From assembly GCF_009914755.1 (NCBI RefSeq), contig NC_060925.1: a DNA stretch of 64,000 nucleotides; one strand, written 5' to 3'. Shown here in pieces: positions 1 through 16,099 of the stretch. Source of the stretch: the human T2T-CHM13v2.0 reference genome, Homo sapiens. Positions within the stretch are counted from its first letter, which is position 1; every line of letters begins with the position of its first letter. The position numbers and the translations under genes were made by a program. The notes beneath the pieces were generated by a model. The model saw only the letters and a list, made by a program, of their open reading frames with translations, had not been told where the DNA came from and made no database searches.

Positions 1-412
1 TTAACTACATAGGTTCTGATGGCTGTTCTGGATTTAAAATACTTTTCTCTCAAGGTGCACACACAAATCTGCTATATATTTAGATTTTTTTGGCAAGTTT
101 TAAAAAACTCCTCAGAGATGTCAAAACAAGTGAAAAATTTATATCCAAGATAAAATGTTCAGTAGCTAGTTTAAAAAGGAACTTTGATCAAACTGAGGGG
201 ACCAGAATAGCATTTGGAGGTTTATTGCAAGGCACCCCCTACTTAACACATTCTTTCAAGATTGCTTAAAGATGGCTAATCTTGCCCCTATAACAGCCAG
301 GACTTTCTTATTTTGTATATGCATTTGTGAAGAATGTGAACATAGTAGGAATTCAAAAAACAGCAGCTGCACCTTAGTTCTTTCACCTCTGCCATGATCT
401 CTTTTCTATCCT

Positions 413-437
413 AAAAAAAAAAAAAAAAAAAAAAAAA
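413..437 (+). repeat. poly(A)25 tract
   Basis: Mononucleotide run, no Alu/L1 body attached. Confidence 0.95.
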
Positions 438-639
438 TGAAAAATCCTTTTTGTGGGGACATGTGCTGACCCAGGAAAACAGTGGTGGCAGAAGCAGCTA
501 CAGCATGTTTTAGGGGTGGAAGGAAGAGGAAGAGGTAGGGAATAAAGAACAAGTCAAAGCAAGCAGGAGGAGCAGACTTCTAGAGTGAGACAAAAATGGT
601 CACAGTAAGGCTTCCTATCACTTGATGGGCATCTTTGTC

Positions 640-1150
<511 letters not shown>

Positions 1151-1168
1151 TATTTGTCATGATTTATC

Positions 1169-1547
1169 TGTGTTAGTCCATTCTCACACTGCTATGAAGA
1201 AATACCCGAGACTGGGTAATTTATAAAGGAAAGAGATTTAATCGACTCACAGTTCTGCATTGCTGGGGAGGCCTCAGGACACTTACAATCATGGCAGAAA
1301 GCAAAGGAGAAGCAGGCACCTTCTTCACAGGGTGGCAGGACGGAGTGAGTGCCAGCAGGGGAAATGCCAGATACTTATAAAATCATCAGATCTCGTGAGA
1401 ACTCCCTCACTATCATGAAAACAGAATGGGGAAAATTAGCCCCATGATCCAATTACTTCCACTTGGTCCCACCCTTGACACGTGGTGATCATGAGGATTA
1501 CAATTTGAGGTGAGATTTGGGTGGGGACACAGAGCCAAACCATATCA
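1169..1547 (-). mobile_element. THE1 (THE1C-like) solo LTR, ERVL-MaLR
   Basis: tgtgttagtccattctcacactgctatgaagaaatacccgagactgggtaattt...ggggacacagagccaaaccatatca; TG...CA termini. Confidence 0.9.
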
Positions 1548-1612
1548 TATCTGTGGTTCTGACATCCTTGCCTTCTGACTGCCTATCTTCTCTGTCCCCA
1601 TATTGGTACCCA

Positions 1613-1950
1613 GTTTTTTTGTTTGCTTTTTTTGTTTGCTTTTATTATTATTATTATTATTATTATTTGAGATAGAGTCTCACTCTGTTGTCCAGGCTGG
1701 AGTGCAGTGGCATGGTCTTGGCTCACTGTGAACTCCACCTCCTGGGTTCAAGCAATTATTCTGCCTCAACCTCCTGAGTAGCTGGGACAACAGGTGTGCA
1801 CCACGACACCTGGCTGATTTTTGTATTTTTAGAAGAGACGGCGTTTTGCCATGTTGGCCAGGATGGTCTCGAACTCCTGACTTCAAGTGATATGCTCACC
1901 TCGGCCTCCCTAAATGCTAGGATTACAGGCTTGAGCCACTGTGCCTGTCC
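1613..1950 (-). mobile_element. AluS-like SINE with (TTA)n tail
   Basis: Reverse-complement Alu body 1668-1950. Confidence 0.95.
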
Positions 1951-2389
1951 CTGGTACTCTTCTTAATCACTATGTTAATACCTCTATTTTACCAGCTTCC
2001 ATATTAAGCCATTTTCCTTAAATTATTTCATTTTTATCAAGGGCTGTCCACTGTTGTGCCTCAGCCACTGTCAGATGCACCAGCCTCAGCTCTCAGACCT
2101 CCCTCCCACCTCCAAACATTGTCTTGTTCTGAATTTCATTGTCCCCCTGATGACAATGGGTAATGAACATTTTAGTAAATTAATTCAAATAAACTGATTT
2201 CTGCTATGGTGTCTAGGATAAAATAGAAAATTTCATATCCAAGTTGAACCCTGCCTCTCCAAGAGACTTAGGATAATGCTGATAATGCTGTGTGCCTTGC
2301 ACCTAGTAAGTGCACAATAAATCTTGGCTTCTTTTATTACCATAATTATTGTTGATAGGAATATTATTATACTGTTCTCTGTGCTTTTA

Positions 2390-2860
2390 CTTATGCCTCT
2401 CTCAACTCTATTTTCCACTCTACAGTCAAAGTTCTCTTTTCCAAACTTAAATCTACTACTTTTGTGCTTAATATCCTCCCATGGCTTTTAAATGCATTTC
2501 AGATAACATCCAAACTCTACCTCCTGATTCTAGTGCCCTCCATAGTGAGCCCTTGCCTCTCTCTGACTTCCTCTGGGATTACTACTCCATTGGTCCCTCA
2601 GCTCTAGCCACAGAGCCTTCTTCTGTTCCTCAGTTGCCAAGCTTGTTCCTGCTTCAGGACCTCTTCATGAGCTTCTAATTTCTCTACCTGGAATGCTGTT
2701 TGCCTGACATTTCATGGATTCCTTCGCATTAATCAGATATCATACCAAAAGCCACTTCTGAGAATCATTTTCTCTCCAACAGCAACCCCACCCTGATTAT
2801 ATTACCCTGTTGTTGTTGTTCGTAGCACTGAGCTCTGTATAAAATAATAATCTATTTTTT
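2390..2860 (+). mobile_element. L2 3' fragment
   Basis: ctctagccacagagccttcttctgttcctc...ttcctgcttcaggacc...ctacctggaatgct resembles the L2 3' region. Confidence 0.6.
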
Positions 2861-3977
2861 AATTTATTTTAAATTTTTTTTCTATGCATATATGTAATTT
2901 AAGTTATATGCATAAAATCCTTTTTAATGAAACATACAAAGAATGTATGTAGAATAGATCTAGGTTAGGGAGCTGAATAACAAAATTACCCACCTGTGAA
3001 CCCACCACAGAATTTGAGAAATAGAATATTAGCAATATTGTTTAAATCCCTTATGTATTTCTCCCAAGTGACAATACCATGCTGCTACATGTCCCTGACT
3101 TTTTGACCATCCACACTCACATCTAGGATAACCATTATCTTGCATTATTTTTTCTCATTCTTTTGCTTTGCTCTGTAGTTTTAGCACATGGATACTTATC
3201 CCTAAACAATATATTGTTTAGGTTAGTTTTAAGTGTCGTAGTGTATGCCTTCTTCTGAGACTTGCTTTTCTAGCCTAATATTATGCTTCTGAGAATCATA
3301 AATATTGATGAAATAGTATTCCATTGTGTGACTATACCACAGTTTATCTATACTCCTGTCGATGGATATTTGGGTTGTTTTAAACTGCTGCTCTTATAGA
3401 TATCCTTGTTAAGAAATTTTTGGTACATGTGTGCAAAAAGTATCTAGGGAAATAAATACCTTGGAAGGGATAGGTAAGAAGCACATATTCAGCATTATAA
3501 AATAACCCCTACTTTTCTTCCAAAGTGTTGTACTAATTTATATTTTCAACAGCAGGTCTAAAAATTGTACTTTCTCTCTACGAGTTGGTATTTTCAAACT
3601 TATTAATTTTTTTCAGCCTCATGAATGTAATATAATAAGTTGTGGTTCTGATTAATAATCTCATTACTGATGAAGATAGAAGCTCTAAATGTCTATCATT
3701 CTTGTTTCTTATATTGGGAAATATCTTTCCCTGTATTTTGCCCATTTTTAATGAGAGAATTTATCTTTCATTTTAATTGATCCATAGAAATATATAATCA
3801 GGATTCTAATTCTTCATCAGTTTTATCTTCCTTTCTCCAATTCATGGCTTGAATTTTCATTCTCTTTATGGTGACTTTTGATGAATAGATGTTCATAATT
3901 TGTAATTAATCAAATTTATCCATAGTTGTCTTTATGATGATTATGTTTTTGTGTTTTACTTAAGAAATTAAATCTTT

Positions 3978-4676
3978 ATTCAACTACCATATGATCCAGC
4001 AATCCTACTTCTGTGTATATATCAAAAGGAATTAAAATCAGTGTCTCAAAGAGATATCTGCACTCCCTTGTTCACTGCAGCATTACTCACAATTGCAAAG
4101 ATGTGGAATCACCCTAAATGTTCATTGACAGATGAATGGATAAGGAAAGTGTAATGCATATATACAATGTGATGTTATTCAGCCTTAAAAAAAGAAGAAA
4201 ATTCTGTCATTTGTGACAACATTGATGAGCCTGGAGAACATTATGCTAAGAAATATAAGCCAGGCACAGAAAGACAATGCTGCAGGATCTCACTTATATG
4301 TGGAATCTAAAGAAGTCTAACAAATTGAAGCAGAGAGTAGAATGATGGTTGCCAGGGGATGGGAGGTGGAGAAAGTGGGAAAATTCTTGTCAAAAAGTGC
4401 AAAGTTTCAGTTATGCAGGTTGAATAAGTTTTGGAGAGCTAATGTACAGCATGGTGACTATAGTTAGTAATATTGTAGACCTAAAATTTGCTAAGAATAT
4501 AGATCTTAAATGTTCTCCCCACACACACAGAGGTAACTATGTGAGGTTATGGTTGTGTTAATCAGCTTGATTGTGAAACACTTCACAGTGTTTATACATG
4601 TCAAATTATCACTTAGTAGTATTTAAATATACACAATTTTTGTCTGTTAATTATACCTTAATAAATCTATAAAAAT
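3978..4676 (+). mobile_element. L1MA-like 3' end
   Basis: ctaccatatgatccagcaatcctacttctg...gacagatgaatggataag...aataaa plus A-rich end; aatcttt on both flanks. Confidence 0.85.
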
Positions 4677-4796
4677 GCAATCTTTGTCTTCCCCAAATCA
4701 CAGAGCTACTCTTTCTTAGCTTCTTCAAAATGTTTTAGGATTTTGCCACTCACAATAAAGTCCATGACCCACCTGGAGATCAATTTTATATATGGC

Positions 4797-7615
4797 TGTT
4801 TTAGTCAGTTTGCTCACTGCTATAAAGAAATACCTGAAACTGGATAATTTATAAAGAAAAGATGTTCAATTGACTCACAGTTCTGCAGGCTATACAGGAA
4901 GCATGGCAGCAGCTGCTTCTGGGGAGGCCTCAGAGAGCTTTTACTCATGGTGGAAGGTAAAGCAGGAACAGTCATCTTATCTGGCAGGAGCAAGACCAAG
5001 AAAGATGGGGGCAGTGCTACATACTTTTAAAGAATCAGATCTCATAAGAACTCACCTGTACCAAGGGGATAATCTGCCCCCATGATCCAATCACTTCCCA
5101 CCAGGCCCCACCTCCAGCATTGGTTATTACAATTCAACATGAGATTTGGGCAGGGACACAGACCCAAAACAATATTATTCTGCCCCTGGCCCTTCCCAAA
5201 TCTCATGTCCTTCTCACATTGCAGTATATAATCATGCCTTCCCAGCAGTCCCCCAAAGTCTTAACTCATTCCAGCATTAACTCAAAAGTCTGAAGTCCAA
5301 AGTCTCATCTGAGATAAGGCAAGTTCCTTCCACCTATCAGTCTGTAAAATCAAAAACAAGTTAGTTACCTCCAAGGTACAATTAGGATACAAGCATTGGG
5401 TAAACATTCTCCTTCCAAAAGGGAGAAACCAGCCAAAAGAAAGGGGCTACAGGCCCCGTGCAAGTCCAAAACCCAACATGGTAGTCATTAAACCTTAAAG
5501 CTTCAAAATAATCTCCTTTGACTCCATGTTTCACATCCAGGGCACAGTGGTGCAAGGGGTGGGCTCCCAAAGCCATGGGCAGCTCCATCTTTGTGGCTTT
5601 GCAGGGTTCAGCCCCTGTGGCTGCTTTCATGGGTTGGCGTTGAGTGCTTGTGGCTTTTCCTGTTGATGGGAGCAAGCTGTTGGTGTATCTACAGTTATGG
5701 GCTCTGGAGTACAGTGGCCCTCTTCTCACAGACCCACTAGGCAGTGCTCCAATGGGGACTCTGTGTGTGGGCTCCAGCCCCACATTTCCCCTCTGCACTA
5801 CCTTAGTAGAGGTTCTTCATGAGGGCTTTGCTTCTGCAGCAGGCTTCTGCCTGGACATTCAGGCTTTTCCATATATCCTCTGAAATCTAGGCTTTTCCTG
5901 GTGACAGGTGCAAGCTGTTGGTGTATCTACAATTATGGTCTCTGGAAGACAATGGCCCTCTTCTGACAGACCCACTAGACAATGCTCAAATGGGGACTCT
6001 GAGTGGAGGCTCCAGCCCCACATTTCCCCTCTGTGATAAGGCAAGTCCCTTCCACCTATGAGTCTGTAAAATCAAAAACAAGTTAGTTACCTCCAAGGTA
6101 CAATTGGGTAAACATTCTCCTTCCAAAAGGGAGAAATCAGCCAAAAGAAAGGGGCTACAGGCCCCCTGCAAGTCCAAAACCCAACATAGTAGTCATTAAA
6201 TCTTAAAGCTTCAAAATAAGCTTTAAGGTGTGGATCAGCTTAAAGGCGGGCAGCTCACGAGGTCAGGAGTTCTTACACACTCTCTTTGTAATATGCCTGT
6301 TCCTGCTCTGCATTTTTAAATAAGTTCTGTGCACCTGCAGGCTTAACACCACATGGAAACCACCAAGGCTTATGGTTTGCACCCTCTGGAGCAGTGGTCC
6401 TAGCTGTAGGTGGGCCCCTTTGAGCCACAACTGGAGCTGGAGCAGCCAGCATGTGAGGAACAGTGGGCCAAGGCTGTGCAAGGTGGTGGGGCACTGGGCC
6501 TGGCCCAGGAAACCATTTTTTCCTCCTAGGTTTTTGGGCCTCAGATGAGGGGGCCTGCCATGAAAGTCTCTGAAATGCCTTCAAGGCTGTTCCCCCATTG
6601 TCTTGGATATTAACATTTGCATAAGTAAATTAACATTTTTCTTATGCAAATTTCTGTAGCCTGCTTGATCCTCTCCTAAAAATGGGCTTTTCTTTTCTAC
6701 CACATGGCCAGGCTGCAAAGTTTCCATACTTTTACACTCTGCTTCCCTTTCAAATATGTGTTCCAGTTTCAAGCCATTTCTTTGCCCACACATATCAGCC
6801 AAAACTGTTAGAAACAGCCATGTCAAATTTTGAATGCTTTGCTGCTTAGAAATTTATTTTGCCAGATACCCTAAATCTTCATTCTCAAGTTCAAAGTTCC
6901 ACAGATCCCTAGGGCAGGGCACAACGCAGTCAACATTTTTGCTAACACATAACAAAGGTGACCTTTACTCCTGTTCCCAATGACTTCCTAATTTCCATCC
7001 GAGACCTCCTCAGCCTAGACTTCATTGTCCATATCACTATTCACATTTTTGTCACAACAGCTTAGCAAATCTAGAAAGTTTGGAAGTTCCAAACTTTCCC
7101 TCATCTTCCTGTCTTCTTCTGAGCACTCCACACTCCTCCAGCCTCTGCCAGTTACCCAATTCCAAAGCTGCTTCCACATTTTCAGATATTTTTATGGCAA
7201 TGCCCCACTCCTGAATACCAATTTTTGTGTTAGTTTATTCTTGCACTGCTACAAAGAAATACCTGAAACTGGGTACTTCATAAAGAAAAGAGATTTAACT
7301 GGCTTATGTTTCCACAGGCTGTACAGGAAGCATGGTAGCATCTGCTTCTGGGGAGGCCTCAGGTTGCTTTTACTCATGGCAGAAGGCAAAACAGAGCAGA
7401 TGTCTTACATGGAAAGAGCAGTACCAATGGGTAGAGAGGTGCCATGCACTTTTAAACAACCAGATCTTATGAGAAGTCACTCACTATCATGAAACCAACA
7501 CCAAGGGGAAATCAACCCCAATGATCCAATCACCTCCCACAAGGCACCACCTCCAACACTGGGGATTACAATTTGACATGAGATTTTGGTGGAGACACAG
7601 ACCCAAACCATGTCA
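4797..7615 (-). mobile_element. Near full-length MST (MSTA/B) MaLR provirus: LTR 4797-~5177, internal region, LTR ~7226-7615
   Basis: Two homologous LTRs flank MST/THE1-internal sequence; 5-bp TSD atggc (4792-4796) / atgac (7616-7620). Confidence 0.92.
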
Positions 7616-7691
7616 ATGACCCTGAAGTGAGATCCAGTTTATTTTTTTCTACTTGGATAACTGATTGTTCCAGCACCATTTATTGAATAGT

Positions 7692-8493
<802 letters not shown>

Positions 8494-9816
8494 ATAATTC
8501 ACCCTTTCCTGTTGATAAGCAATGCTACTTCTGTCTTATATTGAGTTTCTCTCTACATGAAACTCTTATCATTGAATTTTTCATTTTAGTGAACAGATAT
8601 TTTATTTCTAGAATTGTGTTTGGTTAGTTTTCTTTTTTTCTTTTAAACCTTCCTGATCATTTTTGATAGTCTCTGATTCCTCACTTGTGCTTTTAATTTT
8701 CTCTTTATTTCTTAAGGCTATCAAACATGGTTATTTTGATCTGATTGTTCAACTTTTCAAAGTCTTTACAGGTCTAGTCTTTTTTTTTTTAACTTTTTTA
8801 TTGTTTTTTTTAATTGACATCATTCTTTTTACTTTTTCCACTGATTCTCACATAAGGCAGTAGTTTTCTGCTAGCTTTGTGAGTTTTTTTAATTCTTAGC
8901 TTATAATTGATGGTAATTTATCTTTCCCAATTCTTTAAATAATAAAGCAAATTTATGTTTTCTTCTTTACGTTACTTAGGGGTAATGGGGACTGGATCTA
9001 TTTAAAGTTATAATTCACAGATTGCAGTCTTAAGGAACATACCAATAGAGTATATTCAAACTTCAGAGCACATAGTGTAGTAATCAGAAACCGAGATATT
9101 TGTTCATTTTTAACCACTACTTAGAGCCAAGCCCAAACAAATAAGTTTCCTTGCCAATTGTCTCAACAACATTTACAGGAAGTGTGGATGTCTCTATGAA
9201 ATGTGCATATATAAACAGACACACACTAATTTGCCCTTTCTCATGAGGCCTTAACCTTTCTTGGGTTTCCTTCTTTATTTAGGGTTATCTTTGATGCAAT
9301 GGCATCAGGTCTTTTCACAATACAAGTCCAACCACCGCCACCCTCAAACTCTAGGCCACAGAGATTCGGTAATCCATGGCTTCAGTAATGCTCTGGTTTT
9401 ATTGTTTATTTCTGACCTCAGTGGATTTTTCTACATTGTTTTACACAGTCTCAAAAGTGTTCATAAATTATTGTGTCCTAAAAAGATTTTTGTGTATTCC
9501 AGACCACCGTCGTGGCAGAAACAAAAGTCTTCATATTTTGGGCTGTTTTACCTTCATGAAAATGTATTCACTATGAAAGGGATTTAGTCTGTTCTTCTCA
9601 CCTTTGTCACCTCAGTGCCTGGAAAGTGTCTCCATCCTGGTTATACTTAGGGTTGTATCCAGTGATTATGCACATCTGGCATAAGGCCTCACATAGACAT
9701 ATTTTAAAAGCTCTTTAAGAAATTTTAATCCGATGCTAAGATTAAAATGATATTGACCTAGAACATACCTGGTAGAAAGTATATTCTCAAAAATATTTAT
9801 TGAATGAATGAATAAA

Positions 9817-10125
<309 letters not shown>

Positions 10126-10253
10126 TGAATGAATTAACCAATTTATAAGAATGATTTTTTTTTAAGGAAGAATTTGGCTATTTTCTGAAGGGAGTCAAGT
10201 CATTAGAAGAAACGTATTGTATCCTTTGGGTATAGGAATTAAAGACCAATCTG

Positions 10254-10534
10254 GTGGTGGCTCATGCCTGTAATCCCAACACTTTGGGAGGCCAAGGCTG
10301 GTAGATCACTTGAGTTCAGGAGTTTGAGACCAACCTGGACAACATGGCAAAACACTGTCTCTAAAAAATATATAAAAGTTAGCCGGGCATGTTGGCGCAT
10401 ACCTGTAATCCTAGCTACTCGGGAGGTTGAGGCATGAGGATCTCCTGAACCCAGGAGGTGGAGGTTGCAGCAAGTGGAGATCATGCCACTGCACTCCAGC
10501 CTGGGCAACAAGGTGAGACTCTGTCTCAAAAATA
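10254..10534 (+). mobile_element. AluJ-like SINE, slightly 5'-truncated
   Basis: 13-bp TSD aaagaccaatctg at 10241-10253 and 10535-10547. Confidence 0.95.
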
Positions 10535-13500
10535 AAAGACCAATCTGATGATGGGGAGAATTTTAACAAGTCTGTCTCCATCTGGGCCTAATCAGCAGTG
10601 CCTAACCAGACAACACAAATCACCAAATATAATTTTTAAATGCATTCACTGCTAGGCCCCACCCCAGTCAGAATTGGCCCTGACAATTGTGTCCATGGAT
10701 TCTTTCCCTAGGTTACAGAGGACTAACTTATGCCCTATAGTATATGAGAGTACTATTTGAAAGAAATTATTTTCTGCTGACCTGATCCTCATTGAGCCAT
10801 GATCTCAATTAAAAAAAATTCCTAAATTTATACTTAACTGGGCCAGAAAAGATGAGCAGGCATGCAGTGAGCATGAGAAAGGGAAGAAAAGCTAAACATG
10901 ATTCATTCAGGATTATAACATATTTTCTAGATACTTTGATTGTAATACCTCCTTGTCAAAGTCTTGGACCCCAAAATCTCCATAAACATATGAGAGCTCA
11001 GCTTTTAATTTTAACTACTTCATTTCTTCCACAGACATTTCATAGTTCCTTAAAAACTTTAGCTAATTTCATTCTTTACTTGGCTGATCTGATAGAAATA
11101 GTTGAGAAATGGCCAGAAATCCTGAATCACCAAGTTAACATTGGAAGAAAGAGGACAGCTTGATTTTAAAAGCTAACAAAGAACAAAGGGAACTGGAAAA
11201 AATTTATTTTTTGACATAAAATTGTAAATATTTTTTTTTCAGTGATATTTAACAATTCGTTTTTCACAATGACAGCTGTAAATTATTCATAACAGGCTAT
11301 CTGGTCCTTAACTTTCCAGTTATCTGTGATTATAATGGTGAGTTGATCTGAAATGAAGGAAAATATTGATTAGAAACATTTGAAATATAGATGAAGTTCT
11401 TTAGTTAGAATATTAAAGTTGCACTTGGTTTCATATATCTAAGGAACATTTGAAACTGTAACAGTGGAATTTATAGCATTATATACTACTCTTCTATGTA
11501 AGTCAAATCGTTTCTTTTAAATTTCTGACCACTCAAATAATAGATCATTCCATTCGAATACATGGTTAAAATTTTGAAAGATATCAAATTAAAAATGAGC
11601 TTTTATTGTGACTCTAAACACTGTGAGAAAGTGTTTACATGTCCTAAGAATGCATATATAACAATATGCACAACCTGAAAGTAAATACCTAAGGTATGAA
11701 TTTTTTTAATCTTTGTGGGGAAAAATGCAATTGAGAGAAAATATTACACTCTGGACTAAGAAATATTAAGTGCTACCTCTACTTGAGTTATTTTAAAAAT
11801 TTAGTTCTTCAAGCCTTATTGAAGAAGATGATACTCTCAAGTTGAGCACTGGAAAATAGATGGGCATGAGGAGATAGTACTTAATTTTTTTTTTTTTTTG
11901 ACATCTATGACTAGAATTAATCAACAGCAAATGGCCACTTGCACATAGATTTGGTCACGAGTGGGGGTTTCCTGTTCTGGATGAGTCTGTCTAATGTAAA
12001 CTTTTTCTTTACAATCAATTCATTTGTTGCATTCTAGTGTTGATCTAGCCCACTGAAAATCTGGTCATCTTTTTCCAAACTAATACAGAGCACTGACCTA
12101 TGGGGGAGAAAAGCCTAAATTTTAGTGTATCTGTTTTGAAAGTAAGGAATTCTAAAGAGGACCTTACGATGATAATCAAATCATTCCAGGAAAAAAAAAA
12201 AGGCAGAGAGTTTAACAACATCTACAAGCTGCTGTTGCTTAAAAACACAGTATTTGAACTGCAATTTGAGCATATTTTTACCCTTCAGACATTACAAACA
12301 TGCCATAACACCCTGCTGTGAGGACAGCTTTGGTGCCCCAGAAGTAAAAGAGTTTAGCTGTGATTAAAGGATTGAAGTCTGTGCCTTGAACTGACAGATT
12401 AGTTTATGCTAGGTTTTCTCTGTTAATTCTAGACTTGACAGCTCCACTGTAAATTAATCTAAATTATGGCCAACTGCTACAAGGCTGATCATTGTCTCAC
12501 AAAAAAATATAAAGTTCTATTGAAAATGCGGACGTCTCTATCACCAAATGTTACTCCAATTTGCTAGAAATCTGAACAAGGCAACTTAAAACACACACAC
12601 AGGAAATTGCAGCTCCTAGATGCCAGTAGAGCTATAGAGATTTGGACACACAAACTGAGCTGTTGGGGAGAACGGGTCTGACTTCTGTGGTCACTGATGT
12701 GTGAGCCTCAGTGTTTGTCTTTAGCAGCTCATGACAATGTAATTACATCCTGCGTGCCCAATTTTTCTCATAAATGAAGTTGATAAATATAAACTACAGT
12801 TTATGATTGTGAATCACAGCCTGAAGCAATACAGCATGGTCATTGATTGCAGAGAAATATAAATAGGAGATGATAATAGATTGACTGAATCTGAACCCTA
12901 TCACAGACCAGTTAAGATATCAGAGAATCAGAGAATGGCTTAAGAGAAGCCTTAGTTTCCCAGGAAGAGAAGAGAAAACAGGTCTGGTGGGCAAACAAAG
13001 GCTTTATAGCTTCATTAACCTATTCATACCTATAGGATGATCATTTCTCTGGAAATTGCCCCTATCTGAGACTTGATTGAGAGTAGGCATCAGAAGTGAA
13101 GGGTGACTTTTTCTATTTTCTGTCTGTCCTTGGCAAGCTCCCCCACCCCCAACACATTTGCATCACTGATTCTATGTTCTTAAATTTGGAGCTTCCTGTT
13201 TCTGTGATTAGAAAACCTACAGATAGGTTTACATTTGCATTCACTGTTCATATCATTAGGGAGCTGAACAGACAGTATTGAGTGCATACACCGTGCTAAT
13301 TCACCTTTACATCTGAAGGAAAAAATACTAAGTGTGATAAGATGAAAAAAAAGGAAAAGAGAGAAGTGGAAATACCTATTTATAGAAAACAGTATTTTCT
13401 CCAAAACTATCACGAGATAGTCACTGCTATTTATTGTGTAACTTATGTAAACCCAAAACAGTTGGGCCCAATCTGGTCCCCAGATATATCTTATTTGGTC

Positions 13501-13689
13501 GACACAACATTTTACTTATTTTTTATTTGCATACCTCTTAATCAAGCCTAAACTGTTCACACATGGTTGCTGCTCCCGCCACACCCTGTTGTCTTATACA
13601 GGGTCTGCTTACCTGCCTGACAACCGACCAACCCTTTGGTCTATAGCACTCAAACATATTGATTAGAAAAATTGATTTTTTTTAGGAAA

Positions 13690-14100
13690 ATGTTTAGTGG
13701 GCATTATATACCAGGTACTGAACTTGACACACCAAAACAATAAATATAATTTCAGGCAGTGATATATACCATGAAGAAAAATGAATCAGGGTAAGGGAAA
13801 GAGAATAAGAAGACAGCCACTTTAGGAAGAGGTGATCTGAGAGGTCAGAATATCAGAACAAAAGTTAAAGGATGTGAAAGAGTGGGCCACGGAAATATCT
13901 GTGGAAGAACATTCCAAAAAGAGAAACAGTGAGTGTAAAGACCCTGAAGAGAAATAGAAAGTACAGTATGGAATACTCAAGGTGGAAAGTGATAGAAATT
14001 AAGGTAGGAGAGATGAGCAAATGCCAAATTGTTTAGGTCCTATAGGCAACAGGAAGCCACTGGAAGATTTTCAGCAAGGAAATCAAGTAATATAATTTAT
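13690..14100 (-). mobile_element. L2 fragment
   Basis: Purine-rich antisense L2 text (ggaaatatctgtggaagaacattcca...ggaagccactggaagattttcagcaagg). Confidence 0.6.
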
Positions 14101-14627
14101 ATGATAATGAATGGATAGTCTCTAATTCATGGGTAGTACATAAATAATTTATTTGAATTCTGAAAAGTATTTGCAAAGTCAAGTAATGCCTGTGAAATTT
14201 TATCTGCATTATCAGTCTGCTTAGCAAATCAATATATTAGAAAGCATTTAAGTAGCAACTAATATGTGCACATCCTATGCTAAGCCCTGTTTAGGATGTA
14301 AAGATCACTTAATATATGGTCCTTGACTCATAGCCGAGAGGCTACTTTCTAACATCTAGTCACCAGTCACTGAGTATCTCTCGTCCATGCCTCCAGAATA
14401 CATGTTACATATTTCTTCCCATGATTACTAGAAAGACTTAAGAAACTTAGTTTTGTTATTGATTTGTATACATGACACATAAATCTGCTTCTCGTGTAAC
14501 TGCTATCTCACTTCTTTAACTCTATAAATTTCATTGTTTTAAAGAAGAATCAGTTCTTATATTGCAATATGGAAGTACATAGCTCCAAAAAAAAGGCAAA
14601 AGATCTTTGAAATGGGTTTGAAAAAAT

Positions 14628-14885
14628 ATATATAATATATATAGTATTATATATTTCTTATATTATATATTATATATTTCTTATATAAAATATAATATAT
14701 ATTATATTATATATAATTATGTATAAAATAAATATATATAAATTATATATAAAATAAACATATAAATTATTATATAAAATATATGTTATGTAAGAACTAT
14801 ATAATATATAATTTTTATATAAAAATATATAACATAATATATAACATATATAATCATTATATAATGAATATATACATTATATAAC

Positions 14886-14922
<37 letters not shown>
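14628..14922. repeat. (TA)n / AT-rich low-complexity tract at an Alu tail
   Basis: About 300 bp nearly all A/T, ending in pure (TA)n. Confidence 0.95.
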
Positions 14923-15220
<298 letters not shown>

Positions 15221-16099
15221 AGAAAAAAGCAAATATTTTAATCACTGCCAGTACCTCCTCATCCTGTTGAAAGCTGATGTCATTTTTGACACTCGGGAAA
15301 TGACTTCTTTATGGAAGAAATGATAAACTAGTCTGCATCCTGCTGCAATAATCTGAAGAAAGAGTGTTTGCTATTTCAATTCTGAGGATCACTTCATAAT
15401 TGTAACATCAAATTAGCATCTTGGCTTATGCTACACTATTTTGTAGAATCTTAGAGCGTGGCTGACAGGGTCCATGGAGTACTCAGCTGGAACAGACTGA
15501 TTTAAATATGGCAGAGACAACAACAGGGGAAGGGAGAGCCCTGAACAACATTGCAGAAAGCGTGAAGCTCATCCCATATCCAGCACTCCCTCGTCTCATG
15601 CTCTTGTACCACCATCACAATCTCCTTGGGCATCCAAAGAGCACCCATCCCTGAAACCATCCATCAGAATTACCCCAACCTCTACCCATTTTCCTCAGAA
15701 CTCTCTCTCTGATCAATTTTCTTAAGTCTGTGTGCCATGATATTTTCACCTCAATAAAATAATTGCTATTTAAAAGAGACGGTTACACCTTGCCCAAAGG
15801 AATAACTAAAATGGTGGAAATTCTGGATGCACTAGCTGGCAGCTTAGGAGAGTTATGGAGAAGAGGCTTTTTATTTCCTTTGTAATACTACCACTTGATG
15901 TCTAATGTGAGGTATGCTAGATACCTGTGGTTGTTGGTTACATGTTATCCTACTGCTTTAATTACTGGAAAGCTAAGTGTTCACTAGTTAATTTTCACTG
16001 TGGCCTCCACTATGGGGTTGCCGGATCTAAGTAGGAACATGAATTAGTCTGTGCATTATTCCAGCACAAATGAAGCCAAAGCTGAACAGGTGCATGATG

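Noticed and set aside
7025-7492. Longest ORF (155 aa) and the other ORFs at 4870-6826
   Set aside because: Chance frames across MST internal/LTR sequence, with no protein-family features.
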